This document shows, one piece after another, positions 21,711 through 32,445 of a stretch of 64,000 nt of DNA. The stretch's first letter is position 1. Every line of letters starts with the position of its first letter. The notes beneath the pieces were generated by a model. That model was not told where the DNA came from and made no database searches. It worked only from the letters and a program-made list of their open reading frames with translations. This DNA is from Desulfobacterales bacterium. GTDB lineage: Bacteria > Desulfobacterota > Desulfobacteria > Desulfobacterales > JAHDSC01. Both the position numbers and the translations under genes were made by a program. The DNA is taken from assembly GCA_040769985.1 (NCBI GenBank), contig JAXGJZ010000005.1:51426-115425 (forward strand), written 5' to 3'.

Positions 21711-24700
21711 TTATCCTTTTCTTTCCAAAAGGTTGACGTCCAGGCCCAAACTTTGCAATTCCTTCGTCAGAACCCTGAAAGATTCAGGCAGCCCCGGTTC
21801 CAGCAAGTTTTGACCTTTTACGATTTTTTCATACATGCGGGTCCGGCCCACCATGTCATCGGATTTGACGGTCAAAAACTCCTGCAGTGCATAAGCGGCA
21901 CCATATGCTTCCATTGCCCAGACTTCCATTTCACCGAGCCGCTGGCCTCCGAACTGGGCCTTACCGCCCAAAGGCTGCTGCGTCACGAGAGAGTATGGTC
22001 CGATGGATCGGGCATGAATCTTGTCATCAACCAGGTGATGAAGCTTCAGCATATACATGGTTCCAACGGTAATCTTTTCTCGAAAAGGCTCCCCGGTTAG
22101 ACCATCGTACAAAGTGGCCTGGCCGGACGAACTCAGCCCGGCCTCCTCCAACAGCGCTTTGATCTCGGTCTCTTTCGCTCCGTCAAAAACAGGGGTTGCC
22201 ATAAATACGCCATCAGTGTAATGCATGGCAAAAGAGCGCACCTGTTTGTCATCAAGCGCGTCGATCATTTTCTGGTCCGAAGATCCGGTGAAAACCCGTT
22301 TCATCTTTGCTTTCAGTTCCTTGAGCTTGTTTTCCTTGAGCAACGCATTGAGCTGGTTGCCCAAGCCTTTTGCCGCGTTCCCCAGGTGAATTTCCAGAAC
22401 CTGGCCGACATTCATTCGAGAAGGCACGCCGAGAGGATTCAAAACCATATCAACCGGGGTCCCATCCTCGAAATAAGGAAGATCTTCCTGTGGCAGGATT
22501 CTTGAAACCACACCCTTATTGCCGTGACGACCGGCCATTTTGTCTCCGACCGAAAGTTTTCGCTTCATCGCCACATAGATCTTGACCATTTTTATGACGC
22601 CGGGGGGCAGTTCGTCACCCCTTTCATATCGACCGATCTGCCGTTCAAAATTCTTTCTGCAAAGCTCACATTGATCCCGGTATTTCTCAAGGATATCATG
22701 AACCTGTTCGGACATCCGTGGATCTTGCAGCACGACTCCTTCGAGCTGGGCCGGTGAAATCTGTGCAAGGATCCCGGGCTCAATCCGTCCGCCCTTGGGT
22801 AATAAGATCTTTTTTCCTTTTTTCAGGGGGCTGCCGCATGTTTGTCCCACGATGAGCGTTTCCAGTTGGCTGCGCGCAATGTCTTCAATGACCCGAAGTT
22901 CCTCGTCCCGGTTTCTTTCAAACGAAAAAATTTCCGCGTCTTCAATCGCTCGAGCCCGATCATCCTTTTCAATCCCCCGCCTTGAAAAAACCTTGGCATC
23001 GATTATAATTCCTTCAATACCCGGCGGTACGCGCAAAGAGGTATCTTTCACATCACCGGCCTTCTCACCGAATATGGCCCGAAGAAGTTTCTCTTCGGGT
23101 GAAAGCTGGGTTTCCCCTTTCGGAGTGATCTTACCGACAAGGATATCGCCTGCAACGACTTCCGCTCCGAGTCGGATGATTCCGCTTTCATCCAGGTCCT
23201 TCAGGGCTTCGTCACCTACATTCGGAATGTCTCGTGTAATTTCTTCCTTTCCGAGCTTTGTATCTCTGGCAACGATTTCAAATTCTTCGATGTGAACCGA
23301 TGTGTAAACGCCGTCCCGCACCAGTCTTTCACTGACCAGTATCGAATCTTCAAAATTATAGCCGCCCCATGGCATAAAAGCCACCGTTATATTTTTACCG
23401 AGGGCAAGTTCGCCCATATCCGTCGCAGGGCCATCGGCAATAATCTCTCCGGCCTTCACATATTGCCCCTTTCCGACAATGGGACGCTGATTGAAGCAGG
23501 TATTCTGATTGGATCGAATAAATTTCGAAAGGTTGTAAATCGTTACATTTTTTTGTAACGAATCGTCAGAAGGCGCATGTTTCAGCACGATGCGGGATGC
23601 ATCCACCGAAACCACCACTCCATCCCGTTCAGCAACGATTGAAACGCCCGAGTCTTTTGCAACTACACCCTCGATACCCGTTCCGACCAGCGGAGCTTGA
23701 TTGACCAGAAGGGGAACGGCCTGTCTCTGCATGTTCGACCCCATCAATGCCCGGTTTGCGTCATCATTTTCAAGGAATGGGATCAGGGAGGCGGAAGCGC
23801 TTACCAACTGGTTTGGAGAAATGTCCATCAGCTCGATCTCTTCGCGTTTCATCATCATCATCTCACCGGCCACCCGGGAAGTAACCAGCGGATTGATGTA
23901 TCGTCCCTTGTCATCCACCGGGGCATTGGCCTGGGCAATGGGATGCTCTTTTTCTTCAAAAGCGCTCAGGAACTTGACCTCGTTGGTTACAACGCCGTCT
24001 TTTACAACACGGTAGGGAGTTTCAATAAAACCATAATCATTGACCCGGGCATAAGTGCTCAACGAAACGATCAGGCCGATGTTGGGCCCTTCCGGGGTTT
24101 CTATGGGACATATTCGTCCGTAGTGGGATGGATGTACGTCCCTCACCTCGAATCCTGCACGCTCCCGGGTGAGACCCCCCGGACCCAGCGCGCTAAGCCG
24201 CCGCTTATGTGTCGTTTCGGAAAGCGGGTTGGTCTGGTCCATAAACTGGCTGAGTTGGCTGGTCCCGAAAAATTCTTTGATCACAGCGGATACGGGTTTC
24301 GGATTGACCAGATCATGAGGCATCAGCGCATCGACTTCCTGGAGGCTCATTCGCTCTTTGATGGCGCGTTCCATTCGAACCAGACCAATACGATACTGAT
24401 TCTCTATCAGTTCGCCGACGGCACGTACCCGTCGATTGCCGAGATGATCGATGTCATCCACGGGTCCCTGGGTATCCCGAAGCTCTATCAGTGTTTTTGC
24501 GGTAAGCAGTATATCTTCTTTCCTAAGCGTGGTCACATGTACCGGTGTGTTGATTTCGAGACGAAGATTGATCTTCAGGCGTCCCACACCGGAAAGATCA
24601 TAGTATGAAGATTTAAAAAACAGGTGATCCACGAAATCTTGAGCTACCTCGGGCGTTGCGGGATTGCCGGGCCGGAGTCTTTTGTATATCTCAATCAGCG

Positions 24701-25808
24701 CTTCATCTTTTGTCTCGACCTTGTCCAGCAGAAGGGTCTTTCGTATCGAATCACTGGCGGACATTCCGTCAATCGCAAGCAAATCGAATTCGGTGATACC
24801 CGCATCTCTTAATTTCGAAAGGTTTTCCTCATCCAGCACATCATTGGCGTTTACAATCAGTTCATTGTTTTGCGGATTGACGATTCTGAATGCAAAAACA
24901 CCCCCCAGAATATCTTCGGTATCAATCGGAATTTTTTCCAACCCGGCGGATTTCATCAATTTTATCACCCGCTGAGTAAACATTCTTCCTTTTTTCAGGA
25001 TGACGTCGCCGGTTCCAGGGTCAATGATATCGCGGCTTGCACGCTGCCCCTTCAGCAAATCTTCATTGAATATCTTGAAGAAACGCTGGCCCTGGGCGAC
25101 AATCTTCTCCGTTTTATAAAAATAAGTCAGAATATCTTCGGTATTATAGCCGAAGGCTTTGAAAAGAAGCGTGATTGGGAATTTGCGCCGCCTGTCGATT
25201 CGGATATATACGATATCCTTCGGATCAACTTCCATGTCGATCCATGATCCGCGAACCGGTATGATGCGGGAGGCATAAATGACCTTGCCGCTCGAATGCG
25301 TCTTTCCCTTGTCATGATCGAAAAACACTCCCGATGACCGGTGGAGTTGACTTACCACCGCCCGTTCCGTACCATTGATGATGAAAGTACCTTTTTCGGT
25401 CATCAATGGTATGGTGCCGAAATAAATCTCTTGTTCCTTTATATCACGGATATTGGATACTCCCGTCTCCTTATCCAGATCATATACAACCAACCGGACC
25501 GTGATACGTACAGGCAGTTCATAAGTCATTCCCCGATCGATGCATTCTACTAAACTGTATTTTATTTCGCCGAACCGATAGGATACAAATTCCAGGGAAG
25601 CACTTCCGGTAAAATCTTTTATCGGAAAAACAGACTTGAAAACCGCCTGCAACCCGATATCCTCACGTTTTTCCTGTGGAACGTCCAGTTGCAGAAACCG
25701 CCTGTAGGACTCCCGCTGGACTCCGATCAGGTCGGGGATATCAACAATCTTTTGAATTTTTCCGAAATTTTTTCTTATACGTCTAATTGCCAAAGGGCTT
25801 TCCGACAT
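21711..25808 (-). CDS. rpoB: DNA-directed RNA polymerase subunit beta
   Basis: ORF 21711..25910. The conserved N-terminus (RKNFGKI) favours the ATG at 25808 ([18 protein letters not shown]), with GGAG 5 nt upstream. 1365 aa. Confidence 0.97.
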   Translation of the reverse strand: MSESPLAIRRIRKNFGKIQKIVDIPDLIGVQRESYRRFLQLDVPQEKREDIGLQAVFKSVFPIKDFTGSASLEFVSYRFGEIKYSLVECIDRGMTYELPVRITVRLVVYDLDKETGVSNIRDIKEQEIYFGTIPLMTEKGTFIINGTERAVVSQLHRSSGVFFDHDKGKTHSSGKVIYASRIIPVRGSWIDMEVDPKDIVYIRIDRRRKFPITLLFKAFGYNTEDILTYFYKTEKIVAQGQRFFKIFNEDLLKGQRASRDIIDPGTGDVILKKGRMFTQRVIKLMKSAGLEKIPIDTEDILGGVFAFRIVNPQNNELIVNANDVLDEENLSKLRDAGITEFDLLAIDGMSASDSIRKTLLLDKVETKDEALIEIYKRLRPGNPATPEVAQDFVDHLFFKSSYYDLSGVGRLKINLRLEINTPVHVTTLRKEDILLTAKTLIELRDTQGPVDDIDHLGNRRVRAVGELIENQYRIGLVRMERAIKERMSLQEVDALMPHDLVNPKPVSAVIKEFFGTSQLSQFMDQTNPLSETTHKRRLSALGPGGLTRERAGFEVRDVHPSHYGRICPIETPEGPNIGLIVSLSTYARVNDYGFIETPYRVVKDGVVTNEVKFLSAFEEKEHPIAQANAPVDDKGRYINPLVTSRVAGEMMMMKREEIELMDISPNQLVSASASLIPFLENDDANRALMGSNMQRQAVPLLVNQAPLVGTGIEGVVAKDSGVSIVAERDGVVVSVDASRIVLKHAPSDDSLQKNVTIYNLSKFIRSNQNTCFNQRPIVGKGQYVKAGEIIADGPATDMGELALGKNITVAFMPWGGYNFEDSILVSERLVRDGVYTSVHIEEFEIVARDTKLGKEEITRDIPNVGDEALKDLDESGIIRLGAEVVAGDILVGKITPKGETQLSPEEKLLRAIFGEKAGDVKDTSLRVPPGIEGIIIDAKVFSRRGIEKDDRARAIEDAEIFSFERNRDEELRVIEDIARSQLETLIVGQTCGSPLKKGKKILLPKGGRIEPGILAQISPAQLEGVVLQDPRMSEQVHDILEKYRDQCELCRKNFERQIGRYERGDELPPGVIKMVKIYVAMKRKLSVGDKMAGRHGNKGVVSRILPQEDLPYFEDGTPVDMVLNPLGVPSRMNVGQVLEIHLGNAAKGLGNQLNALLKENKLKELKAKMKRVFTGSSDQKMIDALDDKQVRSFAMHYTDGVFMATPVFDGAKETEIKALLEEAGLSSSGQATLYDGLTGEPFREKITVGTMYMLKLHHLVDDKIHARSIGPYSLVTQQPLGGKAQFGGQRLGEMEVWAMEAYGAAYALQEFLTVKSDDMVGRTRMYEKIVKGQNLLEPGLPESFRVLTKELQSLGLDVNLLERKG

Positions 25809-25989
25809 GGCATCTCCAAAATTTACGGGTTCAGGATTACGGGTCATGGGTCGCAGGCAAACGGAGGGAAAAAATTCAAAACGATATATAATGATCCGGG
25901 TTGAATCCAAATGCCCCGACGTTATCGCCTATACCCATTCCCCATAACCTGTCGCCTCGTTTTTATTCGCCTTCCCCACAATTACCCGT

Positions 25990-26014
25990 CCCGCTTCTGA
26001 AATGCCGAAGCGGG
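25990..26014 (-). promoter_or_regulatory. GC-rich stem-loop in the rplL-rpoB spacer (candidate attenuator)
   Basis: 8-bp stem CCCGCTTC/GAAGCGGG with a 9-nt loop, inside the 327-nt rplL-rpoB spacer. No clear U-run. Confidence 0.3.
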
Positions 26015-26103
26015 GCCGGAATGAAAAATGGTGAGGGAGAACCGCGCCGAAGCTCGGCATAGCGAAAGATCAAATCGGCTGCGGCACACTTTGCGTACAC
26101 TTC

Positions 26104-26121
26104 GTCCCGCCTCGGCGGGAC
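26104..26121 (-). promoter_or_regulatory. GC-rich stem-loop just downstream of rplL (candidate partial terminator/attenuator)
   Basis: 7-bp stem GTCCCGC/GCGGGAC with a 4-nt loop, 15 nt after the rplL stop. An rplL-rpoB attenuator is known in other bacteria. Confidence 0.35.
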
Positions 26122-26135
26122 TGCGGGAAGATTTT

Positions 26136-26519
26136 TTACTTCAGCTCAACCTGGGCACCCGCCCCTTCAAGCTGGCTCTTTATCTTTTCAGCCTCTTCTT
26201 TAGGAATGCCCTCCTTAACCGGCTTTGGCGCCTCTTCAACAAGGGCCTTTGCATCCTTCAGCCCAAGCCCGGTAATCGCTCTTACCTCTTTAATGACCTG
26301 GATTTTCTTGTCACCGGCAGCGGTGAGAATAACGTCAAATTCCGTTTTCTCTTCTGCCGGAGCCGCGGCGCCTTCTGAGGGTCCCGCGGCCATCATGGCA
26401 ACGGGAGCCGCGGCAGAGACACCGAATTTCTCTTCCATTTCCTTAACCAGCTCCGACAGTTCCAGAACCGACATGTTTGCTATAAAATTGATTACATCCT
26501 CTTTGGTAATATCCGCCAT
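26136..26519 (-). CDS. rplL: 50S ribosomal protein L7/L12 (bL12)
   Basis: ORF 26136..26558. Conserved start [13 protein letters not shown] at 26519 (127 aa). Ala-rich hinge. [27 protein letters not shown]-terminus. Confidence 0.97.
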   Translation of the reverse strand: MADITKEDVINFIANMSVLELSELVKEMEEKFGVSAAAPVAMMAAGPSEGAAAPAEEKTEFDVILTAAGDKKIQVIKEVRAITGLGLKDAKALVEEAPKPVKEGIPKEEAEKIKSQLEGAGAQVELK

Positions 26520-26617
26520 TTTGTTTTTCCTCCAATTCGGGCAAGTGGTCGATTTCATGGCCGTTATGTTCCTTCAACCACTTGTAATTTTTAAATATTT
26601 ACATATCAGCCGTTTTA

Positions 26618-27139
26618 TCAGGCCGTCTCTTTTTGACTTTTTATTGCCTGTAAGACATTCAAGAGCCGCTTCGGCACATCGTTCAGCGCCCTTACGAATG
26701 ATGTGGGAACCGCATTCATAACCGATAGAACCTTGCCAAGCAATACTTCCCGCGAAGGAAGCTCTGACAACGCTTTGATTGCTCTGAAATCCAGCAACTT
26801 GCCCTTCAGAACGCCGGCTTTTATCTGAAGATGCGGATTCGTCTTTGCAAACTCGGTCAACACCCGTGCAGGCGCAACCGGATCTTCAAAGCTTAACGCA
26901 ACGGCGCTCGGCCCTTTAAAAGTGTCCCGGATCAAGGCGACATCGGTCTTTTCAGAAGCTCGGACAAGAAGGGTATTTTTGACCACTTTGTATTCGATGT
27001 TGGCTTCCCGCAGCTTGCTTCGCAATTCATTGATCGTCGTAACGTTCAAACCTTTATAATCAGTGAGTATGACGACCTTGGACTTTAAAAATTTTTCATG
27101 AAGATCCTGAACAATGCTTTTCTTTTCATCCAGATTCAT
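26618..27139 (-). CDS. rplJ: 50S ribosomal protein L10 (uL10)
   Basis: ORF 26618..27223. Likely start MNLDEKKSIVQDLHEKF at 27139 (173 aa). Confidence 0.95.
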   Translation of the reverse strand: MNLDEKKSIVQDLHEKFLKSKVVILTDYKGLNVTTINELRSKLREANIEYKVVKNTLLVRASEKTDVALIRDTFKGPSAVALSFEDPVAPARVLTEFAKTNPHLQIKAGVLKGKLLDFRAIKALSELPSREVLLGKVLSVMNAVPTSFVRALNDVPKRLLNVLQAIKSQKETA

Positions 27140-27313
27140 GACTCTATTCCACCTCCTTCCTGTTTCTGTAAAAACCGGAGGTAACAACGTTACCAATGCA
27201 AACCTGTCTCTGTAGGCCGGCAATGCCGTTTAAACACAATTGCACCTACGGTCTTTGACAGAGAGATTATATTTGAACCGATTAATTAGAATATATAAAT
27301 GGTGAATTTCCTT
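27140..27313 (-). promoter_or_regulatory. Structured rplJ 5' leader (candidate L10/L12 autoregulatory leader)
   Basis: 174-nt rplA-rplJ spacer. Contains the perfect hairpin GGTAAC-GTT-GTTACC and a longer imperfect helix (CTCTGTC...GACAGAG, read on the minus strand). The function is an analogy to known L10 leaders and was not tested. Confidence 0.3.
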
Positions 27314-28018
27314 TTACTTGACCAAATCTTTCATGCTGGCGGCCTCTATCTTGATCCCCGGGCCCATCGTTGTAGATACGGCGATGCTTTTAAGATAGGT
27401 TCCCTTGCTGGATGGAGGTTTGAGTCTTACAATGGTTTCCAGGAAGGCACTTATATTCTGCAAAATTTTCTCCGCCCCAAAAGAAACCTTTCCCATCGGG
27501 GCGTGAACAATTCCAGCTTTTTCGACCCGAAAATCTATTTTCCCCGCCTTCAGCTCATTGATGGCTCTTGGAATATCAAAGGTAACGGTCCCGGTTTTCG
27601 CATTGGGCATCAGGCCTCTCGGACCCAGGAGTTTTCCTATTTTGCCCACGGCCCCCATCATATCGGGAGTGGCGATGGCTTTATCGAAGTCAAACCACCC
27701 ACCTTTGATCTTTTCTATCAGATCATCGTTGCCGACAAAATCCGCCCCGGCATCGAGCGCCTCTTTTTCTTTCTCTCCTTTTGCAAACACGAGAACCCGG
27801 ACTTCTTTGCCCAGCCCGTTCGGCAAAATAACCGTCCCGCGGACCATCTGGTCGGCGTGCCTTGGATCCACGCCAAGGCGGACGGATATATCAACCGTTT
27901 CATCAAACTTGGTATACGAAGAATCTAAGGCCTTCTTTATAGCCTCGGCGATATCATATCTTGTCCCTGTATCCGCCTTTTTTTTCGATTCCAAATATTT
28001 TTTACCCCGCTTCGGCAT
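27314..28018 (-). CDS. rplA: 50S ribosomal protein L1 (uL1)
   Basis: ORF 27314..28030. Likely start [14 protein letters not shown] at 28018. Confidence 0.96.
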   Translation of the reverse strand: MPKRGKKYLESKKKADTGTRYDIAEAIKKALDSSYTKFDETVDISVRLGVDPRHADQMVRGTVILPNGLGKEVRVLVFAKGEKEKEALDAGADFVGNDDLIEKIKGGWFDFDKAIATPDMMGAVGKIGKLLGPRGLMPNAKTGTVTFDIPRAINELKAGKIDFRVEKAGIVHAPMGKVSFGAEKILQNISAFLETIVRLKPPSSKGTYLKSIAVSTTMGPGIKIEAASMKDLVK

Positions 28019-28041
28019 CTTTTTATTCACTCCTTTTCGCT

Positions 28042-28464
28042 TTAGACAATCTCGATCCCCATACTTCGAGCCGTTCCCTCTACTATCCGTCTGGCCGCAT
28101 CCAGATCGGCAGCGTTTAAATCGACCATTTTTTGTTTGGCGATTTCTTCCACCTGCTTTTGAGTAACCTGACCGACCTTTTCGCGTTTCGGATTTCCGGA
28201 ACCCTTTGCTATCTTTGCAGCCTTCTTCAAAAGCACGGATGCCGGCGGTGTCTTCGTTATAAATGTAAAGGATCGATCCTGATAAACCGTTATGACCGCA
28301 GGTATGATCATTCCCTCGTCGTTTGCGGTTCTTGCATTAAACGCCTTACAAAAATCCATTATATTGACGCCATGTTGCCCCAAGGCGGGACCAATCGGAG
28401 GAGATGGGTTGGCTTTACCAGCCTCTACCTGCAGTTTGATCTGTGCTATAACCTTTTTTGCCAT
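28042..28464 (-). CDS. rplK: 50S ribosomal protein L11 (uL11)
   Basis: 140 aa. [28 protein letters not shown] motif. Confidence 0.98.
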   Translation of the reverse strand: MAKKVIAQIKLQVEAGKANPSPPIGPALGQHGVNIMDFCKAFNARTANDEGMIIPAVITVYQDRSFTFITKTPPASVLLKKAAKIAKGSGNPKREKVGQVTQKQVEEIAKQKMVDLNAADLDAARRIVEGTARSMGIEIV

Positions 28465-28484
28465 TTTTATATTCTCTCCTGAAT

Positions 28485-29015
28485 TTATAGCTTTGTAACT
28501 TGTACGAAATCCAATTCCACCGGGGTTGATCGCCCGAATATACTTACTAAAACCTTTATTTTACCTTTTTCGGGATTTACTTCTTCAACAATACCATTAA
28601 AATTTGTAAACGGTCCGTCAATAACGCGAACCTCATCTCCGGCTTCGAAAAAGTATTTCGGCTTTGGTTTCAGTTTTCCGGCCTCCATTCGACTCAAAAT
28701 TTGTTCCGCTTCCTGGTCGGAGAGGGGAACGGGCTTATCTCTGCCTCCTAAAAATCCGGTGACCTTTGCCGTATCATTGACGATATGCCAAGTTTCATCA
28801 TCCAGTTCCATCTTGACCAGGATGTATCCGGGATAAAACTTACGGGACGATGTCTTTCTTCTACCTTTTACAAGCTCCACGATTTGCTCGGTCGGCACAA
28901 TGACCTCTCCGAACTTTTCAGGATGAGGGGAGGTAGATATTCGTTCTTCCAGGGCTAATTTGACCTTGTTTTCAAATCCCGAATAAACATGGACGATATA
29001 CCATTTAAGGGTCAC
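28485..29015 (-). CDS. nusG: Transcription termination/antitermination factor NusG
   Basis: 176 aa. [18 protein letters not shown] start. KOW ([11 protein letters not shown]). Confidence 0.97.
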   Translation of the reverse strand: MTLKWYIVHVYSGFENKVKLALEERISTSPHPEKFGEVIVPTEQIVELVKGRRKTSSRKFYPGYILVKMELDDETWHIVNDTAKVTGFLGGRDKPVPLSDQEAEQILSRMEAGKLKPKPKYFFEAGDEVRVIDGPFTNFNGIVEEVNPEKGKIKVLVSIFGRSTPVELDFVQVTKL

Positions 29016-29033
29016 TTTCTATTTCTCCTCATT

Positions 29034-29438
29034 CTACTGAAGAACGATTCGGAAGAGGCTGGACAAACCGATATCAACGATGCCAAGAAAAAGCGATATG
29101 ATCATGACAAGTATAATAACAACCGCCGTGGAGCCGATCGTCTGCTTTCGCGAGGGCCATGTGACCTTTTTAAGCTCCATCTTGACTTCTCTCAGAAACT
29201 GCAGGCTTTTTTCAAAGAAGTTTTTTTCCTGTTTCACCCGTAGCGGTTTGGACGCGCTCATCGGTGTTTTCTGGGATGGGGTAATCTTTTTCTGTAGATC
29301 CTTTACCGGCTCGGAAAAAGCTGCCGTGTTGTTAATAGCGGAATCATTCTTTTCCTCCGTCGAGATTTCAGAGGAAGCAGCTTGCTTCTTTTTTTTTTTG
29401 GTCTTACCCAGATCTTTTTTTCTTAATAGTCGTCCCAT
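29034..29438 (-). CDS. secE: Preprotein translocase subunit SecE with a long Lys-rich N-terminal extension
   Basis: The ORF-track version (to 29567) reads through tRNA-Trp. The ATG at 29438 follows AGGAG (4-nt spacer). C-terminal FLREVKMELKKVTWPSRKQTIGSTAVVIILV TM segment is the SecE signature. Confidence 0.88.
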   Translation of the reverse strand: MGRLLRKKDLGKTKKKKKQAASSEISTEEKNDSAINNTAAFSEPVKDLQKKITPSQKTPMSASKPLRVKQEKNFFEKSLQFLREVKMELKKVTWPSRKQTIGSTAVVIILVMIISLFLGIVDIGLSSLFRIVLQ

Positions 29439-29537
29439 TTCACTCCTAAAATGGTAAAAGCTCATGGTTGAGGATTGCATTGGGGAATCCGCCCCTCCCC
29501 AGAATTTCAACCACTGAGCTTTCCCTTTAAAATGATT

Positions 29538-29613
29538 TGGCAGGCCAGGAGGGATTCGAACCCCCAACCCCCGGATTTGGAGTCCGACGCTCTACCGTTA
29601 GAGCTACTGGCCT
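29538..29613 (-). tRNA. tRNA-Trp (anticodon CCA)
   Basis: Hand-folded cloverleaf AGGCCAG..CTCCAAA anticodon loop..GGTTCGAATCC..CTGGCCTGCCA. Canonical position between rpmG and secE. Confidence 0.92.
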
Positions 29614-29672
29614 GCATAATCGATTTCAAAGTAACCGGTCCGGTTTCTATATTGTTCCGTTCATGAGGGCGA

Positions 29673-29822
29673 TTACTTGGTTTCTTTGTGAAGGGTATGC
29701 CTTCTGCAGAACCTGCAATATTTTTTAAATTCCAGCTTATCCGGCGTTGTTCGTTTATTTTTTGTCGTGGTATAATTTCTATTTTTACACTCGGTGCATG
29801 CTAGGGTTACAATCGTTCTCAC
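29673..29822 (-). CDS. rpmG: 50S ribosomal protein L33 (bL33), GTG start
   Basis: Hand-translated 49-aa ORF (M)[48 protein letters not shown]. Below the ORF-track size cut-off. Confidence 0.93.
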   Translation of the reverse strand: MRTIVTLACTECKNRNYTTTKNKRTTPDKLEFKKYCRFCRRHTLHKETK

Positions 29823-29839
29823 CAGCCGACTCCTTCACA

Positions 29840-31048
29840 TTTATTCAATTATATCGCTGACCACTCCCGCACCCACCGTGCGTCCACCTTCCCTGATCGC
29901 AAACCGGAGCTCTTTCTCCATCGCAATCGGGGTGATCAACTCCGCCGAAATCGTTACGTTGTCGCCCGGCATGATCATCTCCACACCTTCCGGCAACTGC
30001 AACACCCCCGTTACATCCGTCGTCCGAAAATAAAACTGCGGCCGGTAACCATTGAAAAACGGCGTGTGACGACCCCCTTCCTCCTTGCTCAATATGTAAA
30101 CCTCCGCCTTGAACTTCGTGTGGGGGGTGATCGACCCGGGAACCGCTACCACCTGCCCTCGCTCAACTTCCTCACGCTTCGTTCCCCGTAGCAAAATCCC
30201 AATGTTGTCTCCCGCTCGACCCTCGTCCAGCAACTTCCGGAACATCTCCACACCCGTACACACCGTCTTGGCCGTCGGTCGAATCCCGATAATCTCTACC
30301 TCGTCGCCAACCTTGATCACTCCACGCTCGACTCGACCCGTTACCACCGTCCCCCGTCCCGATATGCTGAATACATCCTCTATCGGCATCAAAAACGGCT
30401 TGTCTATGTCCCGCTCCGGCTCCGGAATAAAAGAGTCAATCGCGTCCATCAACTCAAAAATACACTTGGCTTCCGCACTCCCCGGATCGTCGCTCTCCAA
30501 CGCCTTTAAGGCACTGCCCCGAACAATCGGCGTGTCGTCGCCCGGAAACCCATACTTGTCCAGTAACTCCCGAAGCTCCAACTCCACCAACTCCACCAAC
30601 TCCTCGTCATCCACCATGTCGCACTTGTTTAAAAATACCACAATCCGAGGAACCCCAACCTGACGCGCAAGCAATATGTGCTCACGGGTCTGCGGCATCG
30701 GTCCGTCATCGGCACCTACCACCAGTATCGCTCCATCCATCTGCGCCGCTCCCGTAATCATGTTCTTAATGTAATCCGCATGACCCGGACAGTCTACATG
30801 CGCATAGTGACGCTTGCTCGTCTCATACTCAACATGCGCCGTCGCAATCGTTATCCCACGCGCCTTCTCCTCCGGCGCCTTGTCTATCTGATCAAACGGA
30901 ACAAAATGCGCCAAACCCTTCAACCCTAAATGCTTGGTGATCGCTGCCGTTAACGTCGTCTTCCCATGATCGATATGCCCGATCGTACCTACATTTACAT
31001 GCGGCTTCTTCCGCTCAAATTTCTCCTTCGCCATCTCGTCGCCCTCCT
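29840..31048 (-). repeat. tuf duplication, copy 2 of a ~1209-bp direct repeat that appears identical
   Basis: Offset of exactly 15026 nt from copy 1. Includes the stop codon plus 1 nt, and 14 nt of 5' UTR with the AGGAGG SD. Confidence 0.9.
29841..31034 (-). CDS. tuf: Elongation factor Tu, copy 2 (tRNA-tuf-secE-nusG copy)
   Basis: 397 aa, identical to copy 1. Preceded by the Thr-Tyr-Gly-Thr tRNA cluster, as in the E. coli tufB operon. Confidence 0.98.
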   Translation of the reverse strand: MAKEKFERKKPHVNVGTIGHIDHGKTTLTAAITKHLGLKGLAHFVPFDQIDKAPEEKARGITIATAHVEYETSKRHYAHVDCPGHADYIKNMITGAAQMDGAILVVGADDGPMPQTREHILLARQVGVPRIVVFLNKCDMVDDEELVELVELELRELLDKYGFPGDDTPIVRGSALKALESDDPGSAEAKCIFELMDAIDSFIPEPERDIDKPFLMPIEDVFSISGRGTVVTGRVERGVIKVGDEVEIIGIRPTAKTVCTGVEMFRKLLDEGRAGDNIGILLRGTKREEVERGQVVAVPGSITPHTKFKAEVYILSKEEGGRHTPFFNGYRPQFYFRTTDVTGVLQLPEGVEMIMPGDNVTISAELITPIAMEKELRFAIREGGRTVGAGVVSDIIE

Positions 31049-31136
31049 CTGGCTAATGATCTTGAAATCCTAACGATATCACATAACCCCGGCAAAACAA
31101 TTATCCGGGCCTGTCCGTACCCGGCAACCTGAAAAA

Positions 31137-31213
31137 TGGAGCCCACGACCGGAATCGAACCGGTGAACCTCTTCCTTACCAAGGAAGCGCTCTACCTACT
31201 GAGCTACGTGGGC
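31137..31213 (-). tRNA. tRNA-Thr (anticodon GGT)
   Basis: GCCCACGTAGCTCAGTAGGTAGAGC..CTTCC-TTGGTAA-GGAAG..ACCGGTTCGATTCCGGT..CGTGGGCTCCA. Confidence 0.9.
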
Positions 31214-31241
31214 GTTATTTTGATGTTTTTTCGGCTCGGCT

Positions 31242-31317
31242 TGGAGCGGGAGACGGGGCTCGAACCCGCGACATCCAGCTTGGAAGGCTGAAGCTCTACC
31301 AACTGAGCTACTCCCGC
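31242..31317 (-). tRNA. tRNA-Gly (anticodon TCC)
   Basis: GCGGGAGTAGCTCAGTTGGTAGAGC..CTTCCAA loop..GCGGGTTCGAGCCCCGT..CTCCCGCTCCA. Confidence 0.9.
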
Positions 31318-31457
31318 GATTGTCCGCCTGTTTTCTTAGCCCGATAAAACATAAAAAGTCGTATTAAGTTTTCCTCAAAACAGCGCAGTAAGATCTATGC
31401 AGGAAGCCATGTAGTGCTGGAGACCTTATCATAACGTCCATTTTTGCATCCGGGTCA

Positions 31458-31552
31458 GGCTTGAAATTTAAACTTTGAAATAATTGATGTATTCCTTCAG
31501 CAAAAGCGCCTTCCCTGAACTTGCACGAAATTGAACACTTTTCAAAAGTCTC
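31458..31552 (-). repeat. ~93-bp intergenic repeat, copy A (most diverged)
   Basis: Hand alignment to copy B (same orientation) gives roughly two-thirds identity. Shared blocks: attccttc/acg, ttcc(c)t(c)gaa, gaac-a-ttttcaaa. Lies in the 294-nt tRNA-Tyr/tRNA-Gly spacer. Confidence 0.5.
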
Positions 31553-31611
31553 TGTTTGTGTCGACCCCGATATACCAATCGAAATCTCCTACATACAGCT
31601 TACTATGAGGG

Positions 31612-31696
31612 TGGTGGTGGGGGGAGGATTCGAACCTCCGAAGGCTTCGCCGACAGATTTACAGTCTGTTCCCTTTGGCCGCTCGGGAACCCCACC
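31612..31696 (-). tRNA. tRNA-Tyr (anticodon GTA), long variable arm
   Basis: GGTGGGGTTCCCGAGCGGCCAAAGGGA..ACTGTAAATC..variable arm..GGAGGTTCGAATCCTCC..CCCCACCACCA, 85 nt. Confidence 0.9.
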
Positions 31697-31714
31697 GGTT
31701 CGGTAAAAACATGA

Positions 31715-31787
31715 AGCCAGCGGAGGGACTTGAACCCCCGACCCACTGATTACAAATCAGTAGCTCTACCGACTGAGCTACGCTGGC
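31715..31787 (-). tRNA. tRNA-Thr (anticodon TGT), CCA not encoded
   Basis: GCCAGCGTAGCTCAGTCGGTAGAGC..ACTGA-TTTGTAA-TCAGT..GGGGGTTCAAGTCCCTC..CGCTGGCT. Confidence 0.88.
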
Positions 31788-31860
31788 CTGCAATCACAAT
31801 CCGTGCTTTTCTTGTTGAAGCTTTTGGCCTAAAACCTGTTTCGGCTCATCTCGGCATCAG

Positions 31861-31953
31861 GCTCAAATTCTAAACCTAAAATACGCAATAAATTCCTTAC
31901 GAAAAACGATCGTCTTCCTCGAATTTCGTTGAAAACGAACATTTTTCAAAGAC
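31861..31953 (-). repeat. ~93-bp intergenic repeat, copy B
   Basis: Its reverse complement aligns with copy C. The core ttcgaggaagacgatcgtttttc is identical (23 nt), then ..aatttattgcgtatt. Ends 73 nt upstream of tRNA-Thr(TGT). Confidence 0.7.
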
Positions 31954-32202
31954 CCCATTTATTGAAATTCACCTCCGAAAAATTGAATTCCAATACAAAT
32001 CGTGAGTCTTTAACAATCTTTTTGAGAAATATCAAGCTCTAATTTTTGGAATTATACATGGATGATGGAAAATTAAACAGTATTTTTCCTTTTTTTTTTA
32101 TAGATCTCGACTTTTTCTCTAATTTTCGCTCTAATTCATTTTTTTGAAAATCAGCATGGGTTTTCAGGGGATAAAATCTTGACAAGGATCTTCACATCTG
32201 AT

Positions 32203-32236
32203 TTATCAGCAGCGGTGAGCTGCTGATAAACTTTTT
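32203..32236 (+). terminator. Perfect 11-bp stem-loop followed by a T-run (orphan terminator-like element)
   Basis: TTATCAGCAGC-GGTGA-GCTGCTGATAA then ACTTTTT. No plus-strand gene lies upstream. TTGACA at 32179-32184. Confidence 0.4.
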
Positions 32237-32445
32237 AAAAATGATGTTCAGAACATCCAAGGATTTTAAACCGGATCGTGCCTGATTACTTTAATGCTTC
32301 GAAATTGTCAAGCGCGGTGGAGGCGCCACCTCCTATCAAAACTCTTTGAGCTTCGATCCATCGAAACCGGAAAATTCAACACTGATAAAACCGGTAGCCG
32401 ATTTATTTTTTTGGTTCTTGGATCGGTTCCGCCGCAAAAAAATCA

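Noticed and set aside
29439-29567. Long version of secE (177 aa) from the ORF track
   Set aside because: It would read through the tRNA-Trp gene (29538-29613). An SD-preceded ATG at 29438 gives a sensible SecE.
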